DNA of 56,211 nt, the filler included, from Platydemus manokwari (Eukaryota): the NCBI GenBank assembly GCA_037951405.1. It is 4 parts of 4 records of this genome, joined end to end, with 100 filler letters (N's around TTAATTAATTAA, not from the genome) between each part and the next. Parts side by side here need not be neighbours in the genome. Positions count along the whole stretch, not along the records: positions 15,012 to 24,304 come from JBBMOY011270984.1; positions 24,405 to 33,436 come from JBBMOY011310982.1; 2 more parts are not named here. The stretch is one strand, 5' to 3'. The notes beneath the pieces are model-generated. The model ran no database searches, had not been told where the DNA came from, and saw only the letters and a list, made by a program, of their open reading frames with translations. The translations under genes were made by a program, and so were the position numbers. This document shows, piece by piece, positions 15,012-26,120 of the stretch (the first letter of the stretch is position 1; each line of letters begins with the position of its first letter).

Positions 15012-17339
15012 ATCGTATCATATTAGTTAGTTAGTGGCTTATCTCTTATGAGAATTTATATTGGTTTAATACATACTTTATCGGTAAACATTATAAAACT
15101 AAATATTATTAAAATTTTATTTGATTGACATTTATTCGTTATAAAAGTCCTTGTGTTTTATTCAAATATCAATTATAGTACTATCACATAGAATACATCA
15201 TTGTTATGGAAACCAATTGCAGTAATATTAAAACAAATTTTAGTCAAATTAAAAATCAAAACTAGTTAATTAGTCGACACAAATTATTAAATACAAGCTT
15301 TGCAAATTTAAATCTTATATATTTCATTAATTTTTAAAATAATTTTAATGAATTTTGATTTATAATTCTATTAAATTATTAATAAGAATATTTATTGTTT
15401 GATTGTCAATCAATTTTATTAACATGCTTCAGTGATTTTTGAAAAGTAATAGCATTTGACATCTGTCATTTGAAATTATTGTAATTATTGATTGAAAATA
15501 AATTGACACAATCAAATATTTTTCTGTAAACATTGATTTCACACGTTCTCACCATTTGTACGTATCGTTAATTTTATAAACATTTCACGAATATGATTAT
15601 TGGCAGCGAATGTAATATGTCAACTTATAAAAAAAGCAAAACATGAAATAGGAGTTTTACTTAGACTTAAAATTTGATTTTATTTATTTTCAATTATAAT
15701 CTCATGTTCTCCTATTAAATTGTTCTAGCTACATAATTAAAATTTTCTAAAGTCTATTTCGTGTCATCGTATAACGATTTTAAAGCTGGGTAACAAAAGT
15801 CGATAGATCGATGGTGGATATTGTACACAATTGAACATTATTAATTTAAAATTGTATTATATATTATAAATCTCAAATACATCTTATCAATGAATTTTCT
15901 ACATCAATAAAACCAGTTGTTCAAAATCAGATTAAACATCAATAAATAATGTGAAGTTATGGACTGGTTATACTTACTGTTAGGAAGGTACTCCGAGTAT
16001 CAGCTTACAATAACGAATTGAGCTGAAAGATAAGGGGAACTGGGAGGGCATAGTCCATCGCAGAGATTGGCCAGAGAAGGCCGGCCGGAGCAAGAAGACA
16101 GAGAAAATCAAGGCGAAGCCGACAATCTCCAATGAAGTAATAATTAGGCCACCTAGGTGGTGGGAACTTCACAAATGAGTGAGAGTTGATAAGGAGTTCG
16201 AAAACGGTTATGTGTAAATAATTTTAACCTTTATGATTTATTTTGAAACTTATGTGATTTATCCTTGTCTCAATTCTTTATCATAAGCCCATTTATTTCC
16301 CCAGACCTTCCTTGATGATTAATATATACTCGCATCATCAATGTATATGTGATTATTAATTACATTTTTTAAAAAAAAGTTAAATTAAAGCTAAATTAAA
16401 ATAGGACAACATAAAATGATAAAAAGAGCACCTAAATAATAAAAAATAAAATAATAATAATTTATAAAAATTGAAATTGTTTAAGTAGGCTAATTTAATA
16501 TAGAAATTCTAAAATTTACTATAATTTCTAAAAATGAACGGAATTTCTAAAATAAAATAATTTAATTTTCGGAAAAATAAAGAAAAAATTAAATTCGGAG
16601 TGGAAAAATAAAAATATTTTAAATTTTTAAATAAGAATTTTCACTTTTATAATATTATAAATAGACTGCGAAAATTACAATTTTTCGCTCACAAAAATAT
16701 AAATAGTTAAAGCTTGAAATTTTAAAGAAAAATCTTACTGCAGTATTTGTGTCAAGACGACGAATAAATAAGTTGAGAAAACTACACCGAAAAAACTTAT
16801 AAAACCATTGGCAATATTGGGTGTAGACCAAGGAGTTAATAGCAAAGTGCGAAGGATCAAGAAATTTGCTTCATATAATATTTTAAAATCTATATTATTA
16901 AAACCATACTTATTTTTATATGTCGATTCGTCAATTTCTAATCAACCACTGCTGATCTTAAATTGCTTTAGTTAAAATAACGTTGGTGATTTAATTAATA
17001 GTTTTCTGATCCGATTATTGATTTAAAATCAATTTATAATTGTAATTCACTGAACTATTTGTAACTTCATTGTTTCAATAGCGGATTGTATTATTTGACT
17101 TTTGATTTGGTATTTACGCAATGATTTGATGCACAATTTAAATAAACTAATAGTTGAGATGGTTAATTTGATTTTATATCATATTTGCATTGATCGAACT
17201 CACTGGTTGGTTAGACCTTTTAATCCCAAAACCCAATATTACTGCTAATAAATATATTATCTACTACGTATTTAATATGATATAAATATAGTAAAATACT
17301 TCATCCAGAATATCATTATTAGTAAAACTTTTAAAAAAT

Positions 17340-17600
17340 GTTTAAAATTGATAAAAATGCAGACTCGATGGATTGGTAAGTTGCTTCAAATAGTTTTCTT
17401 TTTTTTGTATCCATCAAAGGAATACATCAGTCACGTCTTGTGCATAAATCAAGAATAACTATTAAAAATTAAACATTCAATAGATTTTCAAGGCATTCCA
17501 ATCAATTATGCACTATCAGTATTATTCTTGCTAAATATTTTTAATTTTAAAAATTTCTTAATTTTTTTTATTTTCGTTGGATAATTTAATTTTGTATATT
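17340..17600 (-). pseudogene. Polinton-type integrase (rve) N-terminal fragment
   Basis: Minus-strand translation KKFLKLKIFSKNNTDSA*LIGMP, then (frameshift) LIVILDLCTRRD*CIPLMDTK. This resembles the Polinton integrase pattern KK..RKV.V..KD.IWSADL..MP / ILTVID..TRYAW.IPLKxK. Confidence 0.55.
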
Positions 17601-17659
17601 CAATTTTATTTTCATCAGAATCTTCGTAAATGTCTTTAATTGCTAAATCTTTTAATTGA

Positions 17660-17940
17660 CCTTAACAATCTTGCTTTTCATAATGCTCTTAATTAAAAAT
17701 CTTTCTAATATTTCTCAAAAGTAAAATTGGGAACCTTATTCATTTTCAAATTGACAACATGTTTATCCTGTAAATATTTCGAAATATAATCAACATCATG
17801 TTGTATAGCTATTTCATTAATTTTATTTACTTGAATATTTTCTCTTTAAGAATTTTTGGATTATCTAATATTCCCGTTTCGTTATAATTATTAACAATGC
17901 TATCATTATTTGTACATGTTTTTTGAAGATTAATAAAAGC
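17660..17940 (-). pseudogene. Parvovirus-like phospholipase A2 (PLA2X) domain fragment
   Basis: Minus-strand translation VNKINEIAIQHDVDYISKYLQDKH...PNFTFEK, then (frameshift) LERFLIKSIMKSK. Contains the HDxxY motif and flanks typical of adintovirus PLA2X. Confidence 0.6.
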
Positions 17941-18389
17941 CTATTATTTGTGATGGCTTGTTCAATCAATCATCGCCTTCAAAATAAAAAATCATTAATT
18001 TTGTGCTTTTTTTTCTTTTATTTATACTTTTCGTACATTCAATAGTACTATTTGCACTCATTTCATTATTTGTGATTTATTGTTGTAGTTCACCGCCCTC
18101 AAAATTGTAACACTAGGATTTTTATATCATGGTGATTTGATAATATTTTCTAGAACCGTTTATCAAGATCGAATATAAAATTTTATACTATGGTCTTAAA
18201 AACGTATTATCAAATGACAAACATTTAAAGAACAATATCATTCTGATAATCAGTATTGTAGAAATTTATGAAAACTTCCAAGAAGAATGGAATATATCAA
18301 AATGATTTCATTTTATAAACATTGATTCTAAATTTAAAGAAATTATGAATTCTTCTGATTTAAAGAAAAGAAAGAAACAAAATTATGTT

Positions 18390-19023
18390 CGATAAAGAAA
18401 TAATAGCTGGTTATATTAATTGTAATTCTATTTATTTTAAAGTTGGTTTGAATTACTTAAAAAGACCATAAGTGTTAATTCAAACTTCAATATTTTGTTT
18501 AAATTATATAAAATGAATGTACATATGTACAAATGAAGGTACACATTATTTCGAAAAATATATTTCAAAATTAATGAACAACAGTTTATTTGGTTAAACT
18601 ATGGAAAATAATTGAAAACGAGAAAATATGAAATTAGTTAAAGATGAAGTAATAATTACAAAATTCTCTTATAAATTATGCGCTATACATTATCATAAAG
18701 AACAAGTAAAATTAAATAAACCAATTTAATTAGGATTTCTAATTTAGACTTCAACAACTTTTTAATATATGAATTTCATTAAAATCTTCTTAAACCTAAA
18801 TATAATGAAAATGTTGAAGTATTATTTAGGAATACAGAGTTATATATTAAATTTCAAAATAGATGATAAGCATTTCAAAAAGGAATTTGATTTTTCGGAG
18901 TATGTAAACATGTTGCTCTGCTAGGCATTGAGCCCAATTATTTATATAATACAATAAATAAAAATATTAGGACAGTTTAAAGATGAACTAAATAAATAGA
19001 TCTTAAAAGAATTGAGTGATATA
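18390..19023 (+). pseudogene. Protein-primed family B DNA polymerase (Polinton/adintovirus PolB), part upstream of the insertion
   Basis: KLMNNSLFG*TMEN (18568-18609), KLNKPI*LGF, YEFH*NLLKPKYNENVEVLFRNTE (decayed YxDTDS region), FDFSEY, KILGQFKDELN; many stops and frameshifts. Confidence 0.85.
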
Positions 19024-19024
19024 G

Positions 19025-19106
19025 TAAAAACACAACTTGCTTCCATCAATATTTTTTTTTAAATCACACGCGTCTTTTAATGTTGAAACAAATCTCATTT
19101 TTAAAG
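19025..19106 (-). repeat. 3' LTR of the Gypsy element
   Basis: Imperfect direct repeat of 21216-21305 ('aaaacacaa.ttgcttccatcaatatttt...aaatcacac.cgt...aaacaaatc.cattt'). Confidence 0.75.
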
Positions 19107-21200
19107 AGCATTGTTTTTGGAGCACCATACCTATAGATCCATTTATCGATGAAGGAATTGGAAATACTTGTTCTGTCTTATCGAATAAATGGCACCAAGC
19201 TTACTAACTTACTGAATCTATCTACTATAATCAACAAATATTTGGTTTTAGTCATAATTCCCCAAAGTGCGCAACATCAACAACAATCTGTTCCAGAAGA
19301 CCAAACTCTTTACTGGGAATCATAATCTCATAATCCGTCCAGCGTATACCTTCCGTTTAGCACAGATATCACAATTTCGCACTTCATGTTCAATGCTTCG
19401 TGACATATTTTGCCCGAGGTACATTTTTTAATGTAATCGACCATTTTCTTATTATTAATAGGACACAACTTTTCACGAAGGTATCTCTTAAGTTTCTGTG
19501 AATAAATATCTGGTACAACAATTCGATTTTTCCATTATCATTATACACTACCATATCTTCACACAATTTGTATTTCTCTAAACTGTTAAAATTTTTACTT
19601 TTCTTGACTGCTGAATTGACTTCTGCTTCTGTTTTCCCTAACCATTTTTGAATAGAACCAATGACAGTATCTTCTTGTTGAATATTTCTTAATTCGTCAT
19701 TATTTGCAATTGAATGCTCGACAACATTAATAAACGGACTTTTTAGTTTACCTTCATTAGCATCTTGGTGCTGAGTTAAGCATTGTGAAAAAACTGCTTC
19801 GCCTATCTTTAAGATTCCATCTGCATTTCTGTGATCTGATCCTTTCCAATATTGAAGTACAAAATTGAATCCAGATAAGTTTGTAAACCATGTTTGAAAC
19901 TGATGGCTTATCGGTTTGTTAGTTTTCTTCATGTATGTCAAGAGTTAGTGATCGGTGCGAGTCACAAATTTCCTTCCCAACAAATAATGTTTAAAATGCA
20001 TACTAAACTCGTGGATTCCCAAAAGCTCTTTCCTCGTGACGCAATAACCTTTTTCATAACTATTAAGAGTTCTAGAACCACAGGCTACTACTCTCTCTAA
20101 TCCATTTTCATCCAGCTAGCATAGAACGTCTTCAATCGCTCCAAAGCTAGCATCTGTGTCTCAAATCATTTTTTTATTTGGATCCGGAAAGGCCATAATC
20201 GGAGCTGTGTATAATTGTGCCTTAAGGTTTCCAAAGCTTTCCTCACACTCTACTCCACTCCAATTTCTTGTCACTTCTAGTCATCATCGCATATAACGGA
20301 GCTGTAATTAATGTGTAGTCCTTGATAAATTTTCTGTAATAATTGCATAATCATAGAAACGACCTCAACTGAGTGATGCAACCAGGTTTAAATGCTTCCT
20401 TAATCTTCTTTACTTTGTCGTCATTAATTTATATACATTCTGCAATGACAATTTGACCCAAATTCAATTTCCTAGTACCAAAAGTGCGTTTCTCGGGATC
20501 GATTTTCAAACCTGATGATTTAATTAACCTGAATATCTTTTCGAGTTTCTCATTGTTTTCCTTTACTGTTCTTCCATACACTAAAATATCGTCTAGATAA
20601 ACAAGAATGACTTTGTTAATCAAGTCCTTGAATATAATATTCATTAGATACTGAAACGTTGCTGGCTCGGCACATAATCATAAAGATTGCCTGTTAAAAC
20701 AGAACTGCAAAGTTCTAGTGCTGAACGCCAGTTTTCATTTTAGAATCTTCCTCAAAGTTGGCCGGACAGTGTACTTGGCCTAAACCTATCGTGGAGAAAA
20801 CTGTTGCTCCATACATTGAGTCCAATAACGTTTGGATATCAGGTACCGGAAAAGAAAAATTCTCAGTCTGTTCGCTTAATTCTTTGAAGTCTAACCACAT
20901 CCTGATCAATCTATCTTTCTTAGAAACCTCTACCAAAGGAGAGTTCCAAAGGTTCTTGCATGGCGTTATGACATTACTTTTGAGAAGATTTTCTATCAAT
21001 TCTTGAATTTTGGTTTCTAAATTTATTGGATACCTGCTGGGATTTTGAGCAATAGGTTTCCATTTTGTACGGATCTCGTTCTTCTCCATATCTTTTGAAT
21101 CATTTGTCGGCATCTTGGATTGATGAATCGAAGAATTTCGGTTTCGGAATTAATAACTTTTGCCTCTCTTCTCGTTTAGCTCTAGTCAGAGCGTTAATTT

Positions 21201-21214
21201 CGGCGTGGTCACCA
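21201..21214 (-). other. Primer-binding site (PBS) of the Gypsy element
   Basis: Minus strand reads ...TTTTCA-c-TGGTGACCACGCCG, i.e. TGG one base inside the CA end of the 5' LTR. Confidence 0.65.
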
Positions 21215-21215
21215 G

Positions 21216-21305
21216 TGAAAACACAAGTTGCTTCCATCAATATTTTATTTGTATTTAAAAATCACACTCGTTTTTTAAATATTAAAACAAATCCCATTTC
21301 TAACA
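21216..21305 (-). repeat. 5' LTR of the Gypsy element (TG...CA, 90 bp)
   Basis: Minus strand starts TGTTAG and ends TTTTCA, is followed by the PBS, and is duplicated at 19025-19106. Confidence 0.75.
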
Positions 21306-21308
21306 AAC

Positions 21309-21590
21309 TGATATAAAATGAAAACGTTATTTTTATAATCTAAAAGACAGAAATTCAGCTATGAAGAACAAAGGAATTCAGAAAGAATTAATTAAAACAT
21401 GAATATGAACTTATTTAAAGAATGACTTTTTAATAATCAAGATAACCGTCAAGAAGTTATAAGAATTGGATCTGACAATCATGATATATAGGTATCAAAA
21501 ACAGATAAAGGAGCTCTAAGAAATTTCGATCTAAAAAAATTATTTTTGAGGACGAATTGTTACAAAACTTTTGGCTTCGTTCATACTTCT
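21309..21590 (+). pseudogene. PolB C-terminal part, resuming after the Gypsy insertion
   Basis: KRYFY...KNKGIQK...FKE*LFN...IRIGSDNHDI*VSKTDKGALRNFDLK...KTFGF matches the Polinton PolB C-terminal pattern (KxKG...CLF...IRS..H.I....K.AL...D.KR). Confidence 0.8.
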
Positions 21591-21624
21591 TCACTTAAAC
21601 GTATATTAATATCCACTTCCAATG

Positions 21625-21820
21625 TTATCACTGATTTAAATAATTCAACCTTAATTTTTGGAAAATTAATAAATTATTATCAATTTTGCTTCTTTTTTTT
21701 AATGTTTTCCTCCCGCGTTAATAATCTGAAATTTATCCAATTATTACGATTGTATTTAACTTCTTCATTATTAAAATCAAATGAAGGCAATGCAGGTATA
21801 TGGTCTAAATGAAATGTAAA
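21625..21820 (-). pseudogene. HNH endonuclease fragment of the large-DNA-virus/Polinton type
   Basis: Minus-strand translation FHLDHIPALPSFDFNNEEVKYNRNNWINFRLLTREENIKK, similar to H(I/L)DHIxPxSxFD...N(L/F)xxL...EN..K. Confidence 0.55.
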
Positions 21821-23479
21821 CTAAATTTTCCACCGATATATTGAATTTCATATATAAAAATGGATTATGTTTGGGTTATTGTTGGATTTTTAAGATTGAA
21901 TTCAACTTTCACTGGGTACACTGCACTGTTTACATAGCATGCATTTAGGGGATTTGAGTTTGAAAACTTTTCTTTCTTTGTAGAATTTGAAATTCATTTT
22001 GGTTATGGTTTTAGTAGTTTTTGATGTTAAATGGAATGATGGAGAAATTATAAATAACGACGTTATATTTAGAAGATAGTTTTGAGATAATCTTCTATTC
22101 TGTAATTGTTAATTAAATAATGATGTTGGTATAAGTTTTAAAATGAAAGTTATGAAATTATTAATTATCCGAAGTTAGTTAACTTTTATTTAATTTACGA
22201 CTCAAGGATTTTCAATTTTAAAATTGTTTAATTAAATTAAGAATAAATCAATTAAGGAAATTTTCAGCGATAATTAATTATTAAATTTGAACTGAAGTAA
22301 TTTATTCTATAATTAATGTTTGTGATTATTTTGAGAGTTTAGTGGTTTAGAATGTGGAGGGAAAATCGGTGATAACATTTTGATTATCAACGAAAATATG
22401 GGCTATGAATAACTTTAAGGTGATAAATATTTTTATGAAGTTGAATTTAACTGTTTAATATTTATTTAACGGTGATAAGCGATGATATTTTTTAAGTAAT
22501 TATTAAAACAGAATTGATTTGGTGGATTACTGATTTTAATATGGTGTTAATTACAATTGGACGGGTAATAATAATTTTATTATGCATTCAATTTGTTGAC
22601 CTTTATAAATGGCTAAAAGTAGAAGTCAGTATAGGCAATGCAGATAGAGTGGACGTTTTTAGAGAGTATACTAATGAGAATGGTAAAGGTAGATGTCATA
22701 ATATTAAATTTACAGAAATCGAAATAAGCAATTCTGAAAATGTCGAAGTCGTGCAGGAAGAAATGGAAATACAATAAATGAAATATGCTAAAGGCCTTGA
22801 AGCCATTAATCAAAACAATCCAATCGACCAATCAGAAGCTTTGATTCTAAACACACAATTGAACAAGTTGTATTAGAAGTAGTAAGCGCTTAGGGCTAGT
22901 TTAATCTGATATCCAGTCCTATATGGGCATCAGCTCATTGAACAATATTGATGAAAATGACAAATTGCTATTGACATTTCTGTAAATCAAAACAAAATAA
23001 TAACATTTTCAATTTCTATTATCGTTGATATTCTATTATAACCGATATAGTTTTCATTATTATCACTGTTGTTAATATTCCATTGTCGGCTAAAGTTAAG
23101 AAATAAATAAAATTTTAAAATTGTTGTGTGCATTGCGAAAACCTATATAGATTATTTATTTAAATTGTTTAATAACTTTTTGAATTTTTTATTTTAGTGC
23201 TTCAGTAAAATTTTAGTTATTTAGAATCAAATAATGCATACAGAGGATTTTTAAAATCTCCTAAAAAGCAATTGTTTGAAAAATGGGTCAAAGTAGGTCG
23301 AAATGCAATTAATTGAAAATTAGCGAGGACCCCTTCTTTTAACATTAGAAAAATCAGAATGATATCTAAGATTTTTAGAGTTATTTTATAAAAAAAAGTG
23401 ACTTTGAACTTATAGGGAAGTGCCAGGAACAAGGTACTTGTGTTTTCTTTCAAAATAAGTATATTAATATCTACTTAAT

Positions 23480-23940
23480 AGATTGGATGCATAGATCTCA
23501 AACCTGTCGATGTTGTAATGAAATGAAGATTTGATTCAAATCAAATAAATCTTACAACTGAAAATGCCACAAATATATAAGTTTTGAAATTCAAATAGAG
23601 GTTCAACAATTCAGGCTTGTCACTTTTCGACATTCTGAATAAAGTATTTTTGGTGAACCGAGCTCAAACAAAATAATTATATTTACAAAATCATATCCAT
23701 TAGTGAACTAACAATCAACAAATATTGACAATTTTTATTAGAATAATACCAACAATTTAAAATTATTTATTGAGATACAACAAAATTTGTAGATTCCTCT
23801 TAATTGAAGAAATATATTAGCATATAAATATAATTCCAGGCCTAAATATCATCATAGAAATTGACGAGAAATGTTTTGAAAGTGCAAAATATAGTAACGG
23901 GCATCGAATACATGGTTTTTGATTGTTCGAGTTGATTTTT
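23480..23940 (+). mobile_element. Merlin (ISXO2/IS1595-like) transposase remnant
   Basis: From 23833: IPGLNIIIEIDEKCFESAKYSNGHRIHGF*LFE, versus the Merlin consensus IGGxxxIVEIDESKFGKRKYNRGHRxxGxWVFG. Upstream are decayed CxxC...M and NSGLSLFDIL segments. Confidence 0.65.
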
Positions 23941-24304
23941 GGTTTTTAATCTAAAATTGAATTTTATGTAAAAATTTCATTAAAAGATGATTACAAATAA
24001 ATTTTAATATCAAATAATCCACAAAAAGCCATAAATTTAAAATGGGGTCAAAAGATCCTTTTTCTTAATCTAAGCCCCATTGTCAATTATTTTAGTTATA
24101 ATAATAATTATTAATAATGTTGATTTTATTATTAAGTTTATAGGCCTAATCTCTTGATTATAGGTCCAGTTATGTGTTACTTCGTATATAGGATAATTTT
24201 TATTATTTTCGATATTATTATATATTTATTGTTATCGATATTATTATTTTCCTATTATTAATTAATTAACATTATTATTGCTTTATGATAGTTATTATTG
24301 ATAT

Positions 24305-24404
24305 NNNNNNNNNNNNNNNNNNNNNNNNNNNNNNNNNNNNNNNNNNNNTTAATTAATTAANNNNNNNNNNNNNNNNNNNNNNNNNNNNNNNNNNNNNNNN
24401 NNNN
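24305..24404. other. Assembly gap with artificial linker
   Basis: N44-TTAATTAATTAA-N44, flanked by degenerate (ATT)n/(GAT)n sequence. Confidence 0.98.
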
Positions 24405-24810
24405 AGTCAATTGATAATATTATTATTATTGAAATTAATAATATTATTATAAATATTATTGATATTATTATTATTGATATTATGATTCATGCTACTTTTC
24501 AACAACGGTGAAATACATAGTTGATTCCCAAATAATGATATATGGTAATATTATCCTTATCATTATCAGTTTTATTTATTTATTATTCATTAGTATTACA
24601 CTCTCAGTTTCAATTTATTATTCTGCTTTAATTATTATATTTTTGGCCAGACGTGTTGAAATATTCCACTGAATCTGATAATAATTATTTTTAAAGTCAA
24701 ATTTATCTTAATTGCATTTCTTGAGCTTTTATTGCAATTTCAACAGCGTGATATTTTTCTATTATTTGTTTGGTTTAATTTTAAAAAAATAATAAATTCC
24801 ATTGATGCAG

Positions 24811-25110
24811 GGTTTTTTCGTGGCTCTCTTTTATTGTTTTCTCAATCGTGAAGTACGATTTGTTATCAAAGCGAAATATCGCAGTTTCCGAGGATATTTA
24901 CCTAATGCAAGTCGAACAAGGCAAACACTTGATGATTCAATAGGACCCACCCGCAGAGGTAATTCAGCTTTTAAGTCGTTTGATAAACCAGAAGACGACA
25001 ATAACGTTTTCAAATGCCGATCATACCGGTTGCCCAAATCAAAGAATGGTAACACATCCGAACTGACAATCACTAATAAAGAATCAATAATTGAAAATCA
25101 AGTGGTTTAA
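24811..25110 (+). CDS. Terminal coding exon of a class B (secretin/CRF/calcitonin/PDF family) GPCR: TM7 plus C-tail
   Basis: Acceptor tgcag|GGT at the conserved phase-0 Q|GFFVA intron position. GFFVALFYCFLNREV is the class B TM7 signature. AATAAA at 25261. Upstream exons not found. Confidence 0.88.
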   Translation, partial: GFFVALFYCFLNREVRFVIKAKYRSFRGYLPNASRTRQTLDDSIGPTRRGNSAFKSFDKPEDDNNVFKCRSYRLPKSKNGNTSELTITNKESIIENQVV

Positions 25111-25529
25111 ATACACCACATATATGGTATCAATCTACTTCTCAGTCTCAATGTTTATTTACATGTCTGGTTTCAAAGTGAAAGAGTTGAATTTTGTTGC
25201 TGTGTTGTGAATTCATAATTTTCTATTATTGTATTTATGCTGTCATTCGTCCATCATTTAAATAAACCTTATAATATTTTTAAAGTATCTATGGACTTGT
25301 TTTTAGATTATATTTTATCATTATAAACAACATAAATACCCAGGAAAACCTTTTTATTTATTACATTTCGAAAAATAAATAAATTTATTGATAAATAAGA
25401 TCCCTTCTGATCGTTTAAATAATTATTGTTTCTCTAATTTTAAAACGCTCTGATCTTCAAAATAAAAACAAGCATTGACACAAAAACAACTGATCGAAAT
25501 TAAACTAAATATAAATGTGAGATACTTAA

Positions 25530-26120
25530 AATGAATTAAATTTATAATCTAAATTTAATTCTAATTTTATATAAAATCATATTTGTATAAAATTAAACGT
25601 CTTTGTTTAAATATTTGTATTTAAATAGATTTTTGGTATCTTGACTTCTTAGTTTGTTTTTAATGTGTGATTTTTAAAATAGTAGCAGCTTACAACGCGA
25701 CCACGTATCTGGATTCGATTCTAAAAAGATTAATAACTAAAAATTTTAGCAAAGGAGGAAAAACCTGAGATTATATTGAAAGCATATTAAGATAATACAA
25801 GAAAGATATTAAGAAGTTGTAGAAGAGATTAAAAGCGTATATAAAAGAAGATATAATGAAAATATTAAAGAAGATATTAAAAGTTTGAAAATTCAGGGTT
25901 TTCGTGTAATGAAATATCTAGAATATCCAATACAGAGACAATTAATGGAATCAAAGATTTTAAAGAAAGGGGATGCGAGATATTTTAAATGAATTAAATT
26001 TTTAATTCAAATTTAATTATAATTTTATAAAAAATTAAATTTATTTCTTTAATATATTTTTGGTGTTCTAACTTTTCAGTTCGTTTTTTATGTGTGGTTT
26101 TTAAAATAGTAGCGGCTAAC
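25530..26120 (+). repeat. Dispersed repeat family B: two local direct copies (~25530-25870 and ~25950-26120)
   Basis: Both share 'aaatgaattaaattt..aaatttaatt' and 'atgtgtg.tttttaaaatagtagc.gct.acaa'. A partial inverted copy lies at ~26720-26860. Confidence 0.7.

Larger units (their letters stand above)
19025..21305 (-). mobile_element. Degenerate, internally deleted Ty3/Gypsy LTR retrotransposon (RT-RNaseH-partial INT) with ~90-bp LTRs
   Basis: RT: WNSPLVEVSKKDRLIRMWLDFKEL and LVYLDDILVYG. RNase H: DTDASFGAI and VTRKELLGI...HYLLGRKFVTRTDH. INT: CDICAKRK and KYLLIIVDRFSK...WIYRYGAP. Domain order RT-RH-INT; terminal direct repeats and a PBS are present. Confidence 0.9.
17340..21830. mobile_element. 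Decayed Polinton/Maverick (adintovirus-type) element remnant, interrupted by a Gypsy element
   Basis: Co-located decayed fragments of a retroviral-type integrase and a PLA2X-like domain (minus), PolB (plus) and an HNH nuclease (minus); see sub-features. Termini not identified. Confidence 0.75.

Noticed and set aside
24831-25073. Antisense or alternate-frame ORFs overlapping real genes and elements (also 19894, 20758, 41306, 42831, 42893, 43269, 49018, 50700)
   Set aside because: Shadows of the coding strand with no independent motifs.
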